Source of the DNA: Candidatus Bathyarchaeia archaeon | GTDB lineage: Archaea > Thermoproteota > Bathyarchaeia > Bathyarchaeales > Bathycorpusculaceae | Assembly: GCA_049970895.1 (NCBI GenBank) | Contig: JBMFMB010000005.1 | Span: forward strand, 1-64,000 | DNA: 64,000 nt | Reading direction: 5' to 3' | Shown here: piece by piece, positions 27,490 to 36,488 of the stretch | How positions within the stretch are numbered: the first letter of the stretch is position 1 | How the letters are laid out: each line of letters starts with the position of its first letter | Notes under the pieces: model-generated | Databases searched by the model: none | Seen by the model: the letters and a program-made list of their open reading frames with translations, nothing else | Told to the model about the DNA's origin: nothing | Position numbers and translations under genes: made by a program

Positions 27490-28524
27490 TTGGGAAGGCT
27501 GGCTGAGTTAAAGCTTGCAATGGGCACATCCATATTCCTAGTAGCCTTCATATTCGCACTCTTCTTGTCGGCAATAATGATAATCTTCCAGTTCAGCCTC
27601 ATCTACGCCATAATAGGCACAGCACTGTTCATATTCATCCAATATTTGATAGGCCCAGCAATGGTGGCAAGCTCAACTAGGCTCCGCTATCTGGAGAAGG
27701 GGGAAAACCCATGGCTTGAAGAAACGGTGAAAGAATTAGCCGAAAAGTCTGGGCTCCCAATGCCAAAGCTGGCCATAGTGCCAGATGAAACGCCAAACGC
27801 CTTCGTCTTCGGCAGAACAGCCAAAGATGCCACACTAGCAGTGCATGAAGGCCTCCTCAAGAAACTTAACAAAGACGAGATTAGGGGCGTAATAGGCCAC
27901 GAGCTAGGCCACATAAAACACAAAGACTTCATTGTTATGACAGTGCTCTCAGCCCTGCCACTACTCGCCTACCTGATTGCTCGGGCAACATGGGAAGCTG
28001 GAAGGTGGGCGCCAGCCTCAAGGAAGAAGGAGGAAGGCAGCATAAAGGCAGCCTTCTTCGCGGTGGCAATAATCTCCTACATAGTCTACATTGTTTCGCT
28101 CTTGTGCGTCATGGGTTTGAGCAGACTTCGAGAGCATTACGCTGATGCTTATTCCGCTTATCTGACAGGATCGCCTAGAAGTCTCCAAAGTGCCTTGGCA
28201 AAAATAACCTACGGATTGTCGCTTTCCCCTAAGCCGCCATCCGGTGCCAGAACCTTTTATATCGGTGATCCGGCGATGGCTAAGCTGGAAATTTCCTCCA
28301 TAATGGAGAAGAAGGAGGAATACGACCTCGACAAGGATGGTGTTTTGGACGAGCGGGAACTGGAGCTAGCCATGGAGAAGGAGGCAAAGTCCACATGGGC
28401 GAAAATCAACACTTGGTTTTCAACACACCCGCCCACGTTTAAGAGGATACTGCTTTTGCGCGAAATTGAGATGGAGATGGAAAGCGGAAGGTTCACCAGC
28501 GACCGCATATACGCAAAAATCTAG
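27490..28524 (+). CDS. htpX: HtpX-like M48 zinc metalloprotease
   Basis: PNAFVFG, HELGH, SRLREHYAD, FSTHPP. Confidence 0.92.
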   Translation: MGRLAELKLAMGTSIFLVAFIFALFLSAIMIIFQFSLIYAIIGTALFIFIQYLIGPAMVASSTRLRYLEKGENPWLEETVKELAEKSGLPMPKLAIVPDETPNAFVFGRTAKDATLAVHEGLLKKLNKDEIRGVIGHELGHIKHKDFIVMTVLSALPLLAYLIARATWEAGRWAPASRKKEEGSIKAAFFAVAIISYIVYIVSLLCVMGLSRLREHYADAYSAYLTGSPRSLQSALAKITYGLSLSPKPPSGARTFYIGDPAMAKLEISSIMEKKEEYDLDKDGVLDERELELAMEKEAKSTWAKINTWFSTHPPTFKRILLLREIEMEMESGRFTSDRIYAKI

Positions 28525-28530
28525 CCCTTT

Positions 28531-29181
28531 CTAGCCTAGACATTTGGCAACATAGCTTAGAAAAGCCTCAGCCTCATCCTTTTCTCGACTGAACTGGAAA
28601 AGTCCATCAACCCAGCCCTTAGCCAATTCCAAAAGGCAGTAGTCCAACTCTCTCGTTATGTAAACGAGTATGCATCGGGTTTCAGGCTTCCAACGTTTTA
28701 GAATAGCGAAGGAGGCAACAGCCGTCTTAAGCCTAGCAGAGTCAAGCTCAACCTTAGCGTCAAAAACAGCCAGCGGGTCAATAAACCCGTTTACTTTCAG
28801 CCCTATGGAAATGTCAAATTCCATGGCGTAGCTTTTCTCGCCTTCATGCCAGACAAGACACTTTTCGCCCCAAAACACTTCAAAGGGTTTCTTTAGGGCA
28901 ATTCTATCCTTCAGAAGACGGTAAACATATTCTTCGAAGGCGTAGGCGCGGAACTTCCCGAAAAACTGGGCGACTCCAATTTCAGCCTTGTTCGCCATTA
29001 TTATTTCATTAAATTCTAGGAAGTCTTTTAGGGCTAGGGTTTTGGTCCACTTCTCATATTGAGCTTGCAGAGCTTTTCCAAGCATTTGCTGTTCTGCTTT
29101 TCTGCTTGAGCACAGCTCTTTTATGTAGTCTACTGGCTTTTTAGCCCTAGCCAATAATGGTCTCCAAAAGCGTTTTATCAC
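28531..29181 (-). CDS. Hypothetical protein, possible PD-(D/E)XK nuclease fold
   Basis: AFEEYV...EFDISI...VFDAK resembles the E...D...(D/E)xK pattern. Confidence 0.55.
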   Translation of the reverse strand: MIKRFWRPLLARAKKPVDYIKELCSSRKAEQQMLGKALQAQYEKWTKTLALKDFLEFNEIIMANKAEIGVAQFFGKFRAYAFEEYVYRLLKDRIALKKPFEVFWGEKCLVWHEGEKSYAMEFDISIGLKVNGFIDPLAVFDAKVELDSARLKTAVASFAILKRWKPETRCILVYITRELDYCLLELAKGWVDGLFQFSREKDEAEAFLSYVAKCLG

Positions 29182-29231
29182 AAACCCGGATTTAATACCT
29201 TCGTGGTCTAAACTTGAAAGGTGCGTCCTAA

Positions 29232-29930
29232 ATGAAGGTTAAGCTTCTCCGTTATACGGCGGACCCTGAACTTCTCTGTGGGACTGCAGCCCTCACATCG
29301 ACAAGGAGTGGCAGTCCATCTGAAATTTTTGAAAGTATGGATTTGGAGAGGGCTAGGCAGACGATTAGGCGGGTGACTGGCTATGGGCATATGTCGGTTA
29401 TTGAACATGCATCCTTCACCTTCAGCATAGAAGACGTGTCAAGGGCTTTAACCCACCAGTTGGTGAGGCACCGAATTGCCTCCTACACACAGCAGAGCCA
29501 ACGCCACGTCACATACGACACCTTGAAAAAGTATGTGACGCCGCCAACCATAGCCCAAAACCCAGAGGCCAAAAAATTGTTTGACGAAACTTTAGAAAGT
29601 ATTTCCACGACTTACAAGAAACTTTTGGATTTGGGTGTTCCGAAGGAGGATGCACGCTATATTCTTCCAAACGCTGCAAAAACAAACATTGTGGTCACAA
29701 TGAACGCCCGCGAACTCCGCCACTTCTTTAATCTGCGGTGTTGCGCTCGCTCTCAGTGGGAGCTCCGCGAGGTGGCAACAGAAATGCTCCGACAAGTGAA
29801 GAAGGTGGCGCCAACACTTTTTGAGAACGCTGGACCCACATGCGTGGAATTAGGCTTTTGCCCAGAGGGGAAGATGAAACCTCCGGAATGCAATATTGAG
29901 GAGATTAAGAAGCGTTTCAAAAGCCTCTAA
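29232..29930 (+). CDS. thyX: FAD-dependent thymidylate synthase
   Basis: GHMSVIEH, HQLVRHRIASYTQQSQR, EDARYILP, NAREL, QWELR. Confidence 0.96.
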   Translation: MKVKLLRYTADPELLCGTAALTSTRSGSPSEIFESMDLERARQTIRRVTGYGHMSVIEHASFTFSIEDVSRALTHQLVRHRIASYTQQSQRHVTYDTLKKYVTPPTIAQNPEAKKLFDETLESISTTYKKLLDLGVPKEDARYILPNAAKTNIVVTMNARELRHFFNLRCCARSQWELREVATEMLRQVKKVAPTLFENAGPTCVELGFCPEGKMKPPECNIEEIKKRFKSL

Positions 29931-29940
29931 AGCGGTTAAG

Positions 29941-30804
29941 ATGGCAAGGTATAAGGCGTATGCCATAACAACAAAGTATTGGCGCCCCGGAGAAGACTAC
30001 GTAAGGCAGATAATTAAAAGCATTAAAGGGAAGGTTTCTGACGGAGACTTTGTGGTTATATCTGAAAAGGCTATTGCAACAGCCATGGGCAACATCATCG
30101 ACGAAAGCAAGGTGAAACCTTCTCTAAACGCGAAAATCATCGCCAAACTATGGATGCCCCTTGTATGGGGCTATATGCTAGGTCCAGTCTGCCATTTAAA
30201 GCGAAAACTCATACAGCAGCTTCGCAGTTATCCATGGGACGCAGGAAGCCGCCACAAACAAGTCGCCCTTCAACATGCTGGCTTGTTTCAGGCCCTAATG
30301 TTCGGCTCTGAGGGAGGAATAGACGGAACAAACCTCCCATACGCATATGTTTGCTTGCCCCTAAAAAACGCCCAAAACATAGCTGAAGAAATACACAGAG
30401 AAATCTTTGAAGCGTTTGGAATAAAAGTCTGCGTTATAATTGCCGACACAGATAAGACATACTCATTCAGAAATTTTCACTTCACACCTAGACCAAAACC
30501 AATTAGGGGAATCAAAAGTTTAGGCGGCTTCATAGCCTACGTTGTCGGACGGATGCTGAAACTGAAAAAGAGAGCAACACCAATAGGAGTAGCTGGACAA
30601 CCCATTTCCGCAGAAGAGACATTAACAATTTCGGAGATAGCAAATCGTGCCAGAGGTTATGGAGCCGGCAGAACGGTTTGGGAAATGGCTGAAAAGTTCA
30701 ACGTCGAATTGAATAAAGTAAGCTGGGAAATGCTAGAAACAGTAACACATAAACCAATAGTAATAGTACGCGCGACTTCTTCCGCTGCAAAACATGTTTT
30801 CTAA
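29941..30804 (+). CDS. CofE-like coenzyme F420-0:L-glutamate ligase family protein
   Basis: DGDFVVISEK, GGIDGTN, VIIADTD. Confidence 0.75.
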   Translation: MARYKAYAITTKYWRPGEDYVRQIIKSIKGKVSDGDFVVISEKAIATAMGNIIDESKVKPSLNAKIIAKLWMPLVWGYMLGPVCHLKRKLIQQLRSYPWDAGSRHKQVALQHAGLFQALMFGSEGGIDGTNLPYAYVCLPLKNAQNIAEEIHREIFEAFGIKVCVIIADTDKTYSFRNFHFTPRPKPIRGIKSLGGFIAYVVGRMLKLKKRATPIGVAGQPISAEETLTISEIANRARGYGAGRTVWEMAEKFNVELNKVSWEMLETVTHKPIVIVRATSSAAKHVF

Positions 30805-30946
30805 AAGGCAAAACCTATAAACTATAAAGGCACAGGCAAACATGCATCCGTTGTTATTATCATAATTTTCAATTCCCTTTATTGGGATTTTTGCTTTGCA
30901 TCCAGGCTAGACGACTACCCCATATTCTGGACCAGTACCCTCCGGC

Positions 30947-31051
30947 TTATTTACGTTTCCGAAACAGCTTGACGCCGTCAATATCCGTAACATATTCAAA
31001 GCCGGCCTCTATTAATTCTATTGCCTCTTTTGCATTTTTGGCGTATACGGT
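30947..31051 (-). pseudogene. C-terminal remnant of a tyrosine integrase
   Basis: TVYAKNAKEAIELIEAGFEYVTDIDGVKLFRKRK* resembles, from recall, the C-terminal tail of TACK archaeal phage-type integrases. About 540 nt from the tRNA-Lys 3' end. Confidence 0.6.
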
Positions 31052-31089
31052 TTATGAATGCTTTCTGAAACAATAGAGAGAAAGTGGTG

Positions 31090-31500
31090 TTTAGATGTTA
31101 TGGGTCGTACACTTTCTTAGTCCGAGGATGTTGCGTAATCCAAGGGTTCTTTTGTTGTCCCCCTTGTATGAGAAAACTTGGAAGCCTGTTTCGCGATCCC
31201 AAGTGTCCGCAGCTGCCGTGATATTGTTCACAACATCATCGTCCGAAAAGTCGTAACCATTCGTCGGGTTTATCCAATACTCCGCTTAGTATACCAATGG
31301 AATGAAAGCAGCTTATAATCCGGATTACTCATCGAATTGTCTTCGGGCGGTATTTGGTAGTATGTTGCTTTACCCATGCCATATCATTCAACAACCATTA
31401 AATGAACAGGATTCCGCAGCAAATGTGGACAGAGACGTCAAGCGACAAACGACAATATATTGTAAGAACAGCTAAAGCGAAGCAGCCAGTCTTTCTCATT
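31090..31500 (-). pseudogene. Decayed secreted protein, possibly matrixin (M10)-type protease N-terminal part
   Basis: Signal-like MRKTGCFALAVLT start, broken frames, and the fragment EYWINPTNGYDFSDDDVVNNITAAADTWDRETGFQVFSYKG. Confidence 0.45.
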
Positions 31501-31586
31501 TTCTAACCCCTTTGGTAAATAGAGAGATACGTGGCTTCATAAATAACTTTTGCAAAAGAGAGAATGGAAAAGATTTATTTTGTTGT

Positions 31587-31690
31587 TGGCGGGCCCGCCG
31601 GGAATTGAACCCGGGACCTACGGGTTAAGAGCCTCAACCCATCCCGCGCAGCGGTTGGTCCGCCGCTCTACCTTACTGAGCTACGGGCCC
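31587..31690 (-). tRNA. tRNA-Lys(CTT) with 27-nt non-canonical intron at position 30/31, CCA encoded
   Basis: GGGCCCG/CGGGCCC acceptor. Removing 31633-31659 gives GCGGG-CT-CTT-AA-CCCGT. hBHBh' forms with central helix CGGC/GTTG, bulges GG|A and AG|G, outer helices AGAG/CTCT and CCA/TGG. Confidence 0.93.
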
Positions 31691-31790
31691 TTTCCATGTT
31701 TTGCTTGTGTGATATGGATTTGATAACGCTTTTATAAATTTAGCTTTAGAGGTTTGCTTGTTGCATGTGTTATGCAATGAGGGTTTGAAC

Positions 31791-32588
31791 TTGGGCGAGC
31801 TTGTGTTTGTTGGCGTCGGCCTTCATGATGAGGGAGGCATAAGCCTTAAAGGCTTAGAGGAGGTTAAGGATGCCGAATGCGTTTTCATAGAGCTTTACAC
31901 CAGCTTTTTGCCGGGCTTTTCCCTAGAGCGTTTTGAGGCTTTGGCCGGCAAGGGTTTGCGAGTTGTTTCGCGGAAGGAGTTAGAAGAGGAAAACGGCGAA
32001 GTTGTCTTGAGGGCTGCTGAGCGTGGTAAGGCTGTTCTGCTTGTTCCGGGAGACCCTTTCATTGCAACTACGCATATAGCCTTAAGGATTGCGGCTGAGA
32101 GGCGCGGCATAAGAACCCGTGTTGTGCACGGCGCCTCTATAATTTCCGCAGCCATAGGCCTGTCTGGCTTGCACAATTACAAGTTTGGCAAAAGCGTAAC
32201 CATACCTTTCCCAGAAAATTTTTCAGAAACCCCCTACATGGTGATTGCCCAAAACAAGGGGCTTGGACTTCACACGCTTTGCCTATTGGACATAAATGTT
32301 GAAGAGAACCGTTTCTTAGGCGTTAGGGAAGCCCTTGAAACTCTTTTAAAGGTTGAGGAAAAGCGGAAAATGGGCGTTGTGACTGGCAGGACGCTTGTTG
32401 TTGGAGTAGCCAGAGCTGGAAACCCAAATCCAACTGTAAAGGCTGGCCTTGTCAATGAGCTTTTAAATTATGATTTTGGGGGTCCACCCTACAGCCTCAT
32501 ATTCCCCGGAAAACTTCACTTCATGGAGGCTGAAGCCCTAATGGTGCTTGCCGGCGCCCCACCAACCATTGTGGAGCTGATGGAATGA
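31791..32588 (+). CDS. dph5: Diphthine synthase
   Basis: LVFVGVGL, ELYTS, GDPFIATTH, GLHNYKFGK, GLHTLCLLD, LHFMEAEAL. Confidence 0.95.
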   Translation: MGELVFVGVGLHDEGGISLKGLEEVKDAECVFIELYTSFLPGFSLERFEALAGKGLRVVSRKELEEENGEVVLRAAERGKAVLLVPGDPFIATTHIALRIAAERRGIRTRVVHGASIISAAIGLSGLHNYKFGKSVTIPFPENFSETPYMVIAQNKGLGLHTLCLLDINVEENRFLGVREALETLLKVEEKRKMGVVTGRTLVVGVARAGNPNPTVKAGLVNELLNYDFGGPPYSLIFPGKLHFMEAEALMVLAGAPPTIVELME

Positions 32589-32887
32589 CCATAGACAAGC
32601 TTGTTTCAAAATATATTGCCTCTGCAGACCATGTTTTCAGCGAAATAACCGTTGTGGAGGATTTTGCTGGCTTTTCGTTGGACGATGTTAGGCGGGTTTT
32701 GGAGCTTGCAAAAGCCTATCTGCAAGACGCAAAGTATTATAGGGATCATGGAAAGCTTGAAGTAAGCCTCGCTTCTGTGGCTTACTGCGAAGGCTTATTG
32801 GACGCCTTAAAAATGTTGGGAATGGTGAAGTTTGAATGGCCGAGGAAAAAGGAAGAAGCGAAAAGCGGAGAAAAAAGCGTAAGGTAG
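32585..32887 (+). CDS. DUF357 family protein
   Basis: AKAYLQDAKYY...SLASVAYCEGLLDAL; usual neighbour of dph5. Confidence 0.85.
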   Translation: MTIDKLVSKYIASADHVFSEITVVEDFAGFSLDDVRRVLELAKAYLQDAKYYRDHGKLEVSLASVAYCEGLLDALKMLGMVKFEWPRKKEEAKSGEKSVR

Positions 32888-33327
32888 TTTTGGCCTCCGG
32901 AACCTTTGACCTCCTACATCTTGGACATGTGCGGTTTTTGGAAGAGGCAAAAAAGGCTGGCGGGAAAAACGCCGAGCTAATCGTTATTGTAGCCAGAGAC
33001 AGCACTGTTGAAAAGCGTAAGGGCTCAAAACCTGTCATACCGGAAAACCAGCGGCGGGCACTTGTGGAATCTCTAAAAGTTGTGGATGAAGCTATTTTGG
33101 GCTACGAGGACTTTAGCATAGGAAAGGTTATCGAGAAGATTAAGCCAGACATTATAGCGGTGGGCCACGACCAGGATGGGATGGAGAAAGTCGTCAGAGA
33201 CTATGTCAGGGAGAAGGGGCTTAAAATTAAGGTTGTTAAGATTGGCAAGTTCGGCGAGGATGAGTTGAACAGCTCTTCTAAGATTAAACAGAAAATCATA
33301 GAGCATTATAGAAGGCGGGGAGAATAG
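32836..33327 (+). CDS. ribL: FAD synthase (cytidylyltransferase family)
   Basis: GTFDLLHLGH, VARD, KPDIIAVGHDQ, SSSKI; adjacent to ribK. Confidence 0.88.
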   Translation: MAEEKGRSEKRRKKRKVVLASGTFDLLHLGHVRFLEEAKKAGGKNAELIVIVARDSTVEKRKGSKPVIPENQRRALVESLKVVDEAILGYEDFSIGKVIEKIKPDIIAVGHDQDGMEKVVRDYVREKGLKIKVVKIGKFGEDELNSSSKIKQKIIEHYRRRGE

Positions 33328-33335
33328 GCGGAATT

Positions 33336-34046
33336 TTAGGGAAGGGTTAAAACTTCCACTTTCACCTTATGCCCATCTTTTAGCGAGAGGTGCTTCCTCA
33401 AGCATATTGGAGCTATTAACTCAATAACTGATGTGTCATAGTGGCTTCTGAGGGCTGAGACAAGGGCACCCTTAACTTTATTTTCTATTATCGCCGGATA
33501 ACATTTTACTGGTCCGAAGGTTCTATTCTCATTCTTGAAGCCCTCAATTTCTATTGCCGGGTAAGCTTCAAGCTCCGAACGCGTTTTAACATCATAATCC
33601 GTCACAAGTTTTAGGTTCAGCGTCCCCGGATATGGGTCGAAGCCCAGCTTTTCTATAAACTGCCGTCTGTAGGGGTCTCTTGTCACGTAGTAGGCTCCTT
33701 CGCCCAGTCCAGTGAAGACTACGCCTTCAAGGGTTACTGATGGCGGGTAGGCAGCCTCCATTAAAAAGCGTAGGCTTGAGTATAGCCTCTTAAGCTCTGC
33801 TAAGCCAGAATCCGTCATTTTTATTAGGCATCCTTCTGGCGTTATTGTCCTCTTAATCCATCCCTTATGTTCGAGTTCTATTAGGTGGCGGGATGCCGAC
33901 TGCTGGGATACGCCGAGCTTTCTGGCTAGGAATTCTGTTGAGATTTTGGCTGTTCTACGGTGGACTCCCAACTCCGCCAATTTTAAAAGCGTGAAAATGT
34001 GGCGCCAAGCCTTCGGTTCGCTCATAATGCCTGAGCCTTCTGTCAC
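33336..34046 (-). CDS. ribK: HTH + CTP-dependent riboflavin kinase
   Basis: SQQSASRHL HTH; GLGEGAYY, PYPGTLN, ELIAP...LRK. Confidence 0.93.
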   Translation of the reverse strand: MTEGSGIMSEPKAWRHIFTLLKLAELGVHRRTAKISTEFLARKLGVSQQSASRHLIELEHKGWIKRTITPEGCLIKMTDSGLAELKRLYSSLRFLMEAAYPPSVTLEGVVFTGLGEGAYYVTRDPYRRQFIEKLGFDPYPGTLNLKLVTDYDVKTRSELEAYPAIEIEGFKNENRTFGPVKCYPAIIENKVKGALVSALRSHYDTSVIELIAPICLRKHLSLKDGHKVKVEVLTLP

Positions 34047-34299
34047 ATTTTCAATCTAGAAGTGGCATCATCCATATTTAAGGAGCACGAAAATTTGGCT
34101 GGAAACGGGGCTTTAGGCTTGGTTGTGCGCCGTGCCAGAAATTCAGCCTTGTTTAAATATGATAATTTGTGCGTAGAGCAGATTTGCACATAACCGTTCA
34201 ACAAAAATTCGCCAAAACAAGTTTAAACATGTTTAAAGAATTCATAGGAAACTCTTATTTAGAAAGGCCGTGTTAACCCAAACGGGGAGCGGTGGCGGA

Positions 34300-35055
34300 A
34301 TGAAAACTTTGAATGTTGCTATGGCGGCGATTTGTGCAGCCCTATACGCCTTAATTGGTCGTCTAACGGATTTAGGCATAACCTTTGGTGGGGTTGCCTT
34401 CTGGCCGGCAGCTGTTATACCAGCGGTTTTCTCGGTTCTCTTCGGTCCTTGGGTTGGCGGAACAGGCGCAGCCATAGGGATATTCATTCGGGACATGCTC
34501 TTTCATGGAGACGCCTTGCTAAGCCTATCAGCGGGTGTAACAGCCAACTTTGCTGGAGGCTTTCTGATCGGCTATTTTGCCCGCACAAGCCTTGACCGAA
34601 GGAAAATAAGCACGAGTATGTGTATTGGCGGCGTAACAATAGTTGCTGGCTTACTGTTGCCGACAGTGTTGTTGCCAACGGAATCTGAACTTTACACTGG
34701 CTGGTCCCCCTACATCAGCATAATTGTCTTCGCGGTGACGGTTATTGCAAGCATAGCCATTATGACAGCTGTCATTAAGTTTTGGCCCGAATGGAGAAGT
34801 TATGCTGTCGGCTCCATTATAGGGTTAGGCGTTGCCAGCGTCATAATTGCCCTTGTAGTTTGGGCTTACAGCCAAGTCTTCTTCTCCCCGCAAGGTTACT
34901 TTAAAGCACCAATTCCTCTAGAGTTTATGCCCCTAATATTCGTTTGGACCTTTGCCACAGAAATCCCTTTCGTCCTCCTCCTCGGTCCGCCTATTATTAA
35001 AGCTTGCCGCAACGCCTTCCCCTCATTATTATCCCAGACAGAAAAGAGCGATTAA
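34300..35055 (+). CDS. ECF transporter S-component-like membrane protein
   Basis: AAICAALY, FWPAAVIP, LFGPWVGG..AAIG; upstream of CoA biosynthesis genes. Confidence 0.75.
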   Translation: MKTLNVAMAAICAALYALIGRLTDLGITFGGVAFWPAAVIPAVFSVLFGPWVGGTGAAIGIFIRDMLFHGDALLSLSAGVTANFAGGFLIGYFARTSLDRRKISTSMCIGGVTIVAGLLLPTVLLPTESELYTGWSPYISIIVFAVTVIASIAIMTAVIKFWPEWRSYAVGSIIGLGVASVIIALVVWAYSQVFFSPQGYFKAPIPLEFMPLIFVWTFATEIPFVLLLGPPIIKACRNAFPSLLSQTEKSD

Positions 35056-35056
35056 A

Positions 35057-35989
35057 TTGAAAAGTGCAAGAGCCTTCAGTCCAGCGGGGATTTCAAGCTT
35101 CTTTGAGATATGCGACACGTTGCCGAATGGAAAACCAATAACAAACCTTGAAAAGGTTGGCGCAAGAGGAGGCGGCTTCGGAATCCAGAAGGGCGTAACG
35201 ACAGAAGTCACGGTTTCAGAAACCGAGAAAAACAGCATACGCATATACATTAATGGGCGAATAGCTCCAGAAGCCGAAACCACATGGACTGTTGTGGAGA
35301 TGCTCCTTGAAAGGACTGATGGAAACTTCCACGTTGAGGTTAGGCATTGGGTTGATGTTCCCATAGGGGCTGGCTTTGGCACAAGTGCTGCTGGAGCCTT
35401 AACAGCGGCTCTTGCATTGTCGAAGGCTTTGGGCTTAAAGCTAACTGTCAATCAGCTTGGCAGAATAGCCCATATAGCAGAAATAAAATGCAAGACTGGT
35501 CTGGGCACTGTGGCTCCGCTAACGGTTGGTGGAGGCTGCGTGGTTACGGTTGAGCCTGGCGCCCCTGGAAACGCCATAATAGACAGCATCCCAATATCTG
35601 AAGACTATGCGATTGTAGCCGGCGTTTTTGGTCCAACACTGACAAGGGAGGTTTTATCCTCACATGAAAAGCGTTTAGCCATCAACAAGTGGGGTAAGCA
35701 AACTCTCGAAAAGATTTTGGCTGAACCTTCGCTGGAGAATTTTTTGGCTTGCTGCCGCGATTTCGCCGAAAAAACGGGTTTTGCCACCGAAAGGGTTAGA
35801 AGGCTTTTTAGGGCTGCTGATGAGGCTGGGGCAATTGGCGCAGCTCAGAACATGGTTGGCGAAGCAGTCCACGCTCTAACAACATCCGAAAACGCCGAAA
35901 GGGTGGCTCAAGCTTTTAAGCGGATCCTCCCAGAAGAAAAGGTTCTCGTTTCGCGTGTTGAGCTTGGGGGAGCGAGGCTGCTGGAATAA
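35057..35989 (+). CDS. Pantoate kinase (GHMP family)
   Basis: AFSPAGISSFF, GARGGG, PIGAGFGTSAA, AHIAE...TGLG, AQNMVGEAV. Confidence 0.88.
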   Translation: MKSARAFSPAGISSFFEICDTLPNGKPITNLEKVGARGGGFGIQKGVTTEVTVSETEKNSIRIYINGRIAPEAETTWTVVEMLLERTDGNFHVEVRHWVDVPIGAGFGTSAAGALTAALALSKALGLKLTVNQLGRIAHIAEIKCKTGLGTVAPLTVGGGCVVTVEPGAPGNAIIDSIPISEDYAIVAGVFGPTLTREVLSSHEKRLAINKWGKQTLEKILAEPSLENFLACCRDFAEKTGFATERVRRLFRAADEAGAIGAAQNMVGEAVHALTTSENAERVAQAFKRILPEEKVLVSRVELGGARLLE

Positions 35990-35992
35990 GCC

Positions 35993-36484
35993 TTGACAAC
36001 CAAAAAGTTTAAGGTTGTAGCCGTTGGCGGAACCTTTGATGAACTCCACAAAGGACACAGAGCACTGCTTCTGAAAGCTTTTGAGGTTGGCGAACAAGTC
36101 TTGATAGGCTTATGCACAGACGAGTTTGTGGCGAAAATGAAAAAACCCCACATAGTGGCATCCTACGAAGAACGCCTAAAAGAGCTGAAAGCCTTCCTGC
36201 AAGAATATGGATTAACAGAGAGGGCAAAAATAATTCCGTTAAACGACGCTTACGGAGTAACACTGCAGAGAGGATGCCTTGAAGCGTTAATTGTCAGCAA
36301 AGAAACGGAACCAACAGCGAGAAAAATAAATGAGGAGAGAGCCAAACGCGGACTAGAACCCTTAAACGTAATAGTAATAGATATGGTTCCATCAGAGAAT
36401 CATGCACCCATATCCACAACAAGGATTCGAAGGGGCGAAATAGACAGAGAAGGACGCCTAATAAAAAGATTAAGCGTAAATTAG
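35993..36484 (+). CDS. coaD: Phosphopantetheine adenylyltransferase (archaeal)
   Basis: VGGTFDELHKGH, VSKET, ISTTRIRRGEID. Confidence 0.93.
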   Translation: MTTKKFKVVAVGGTFDELHKGHRALLLKAFEVGEQVLIGLCTDEFVAKMKKPHIVASYEERLKELKAFLQEYGLTERAKIIPLNDAYGVTLQRGCLEALIVSKETEPTARKINEERAKRGLEPLNVIVIDMVPSENHAPISTTRIRRGEIDREGRLIKRLSVN

Positions 36485-36488
36485 CAGG

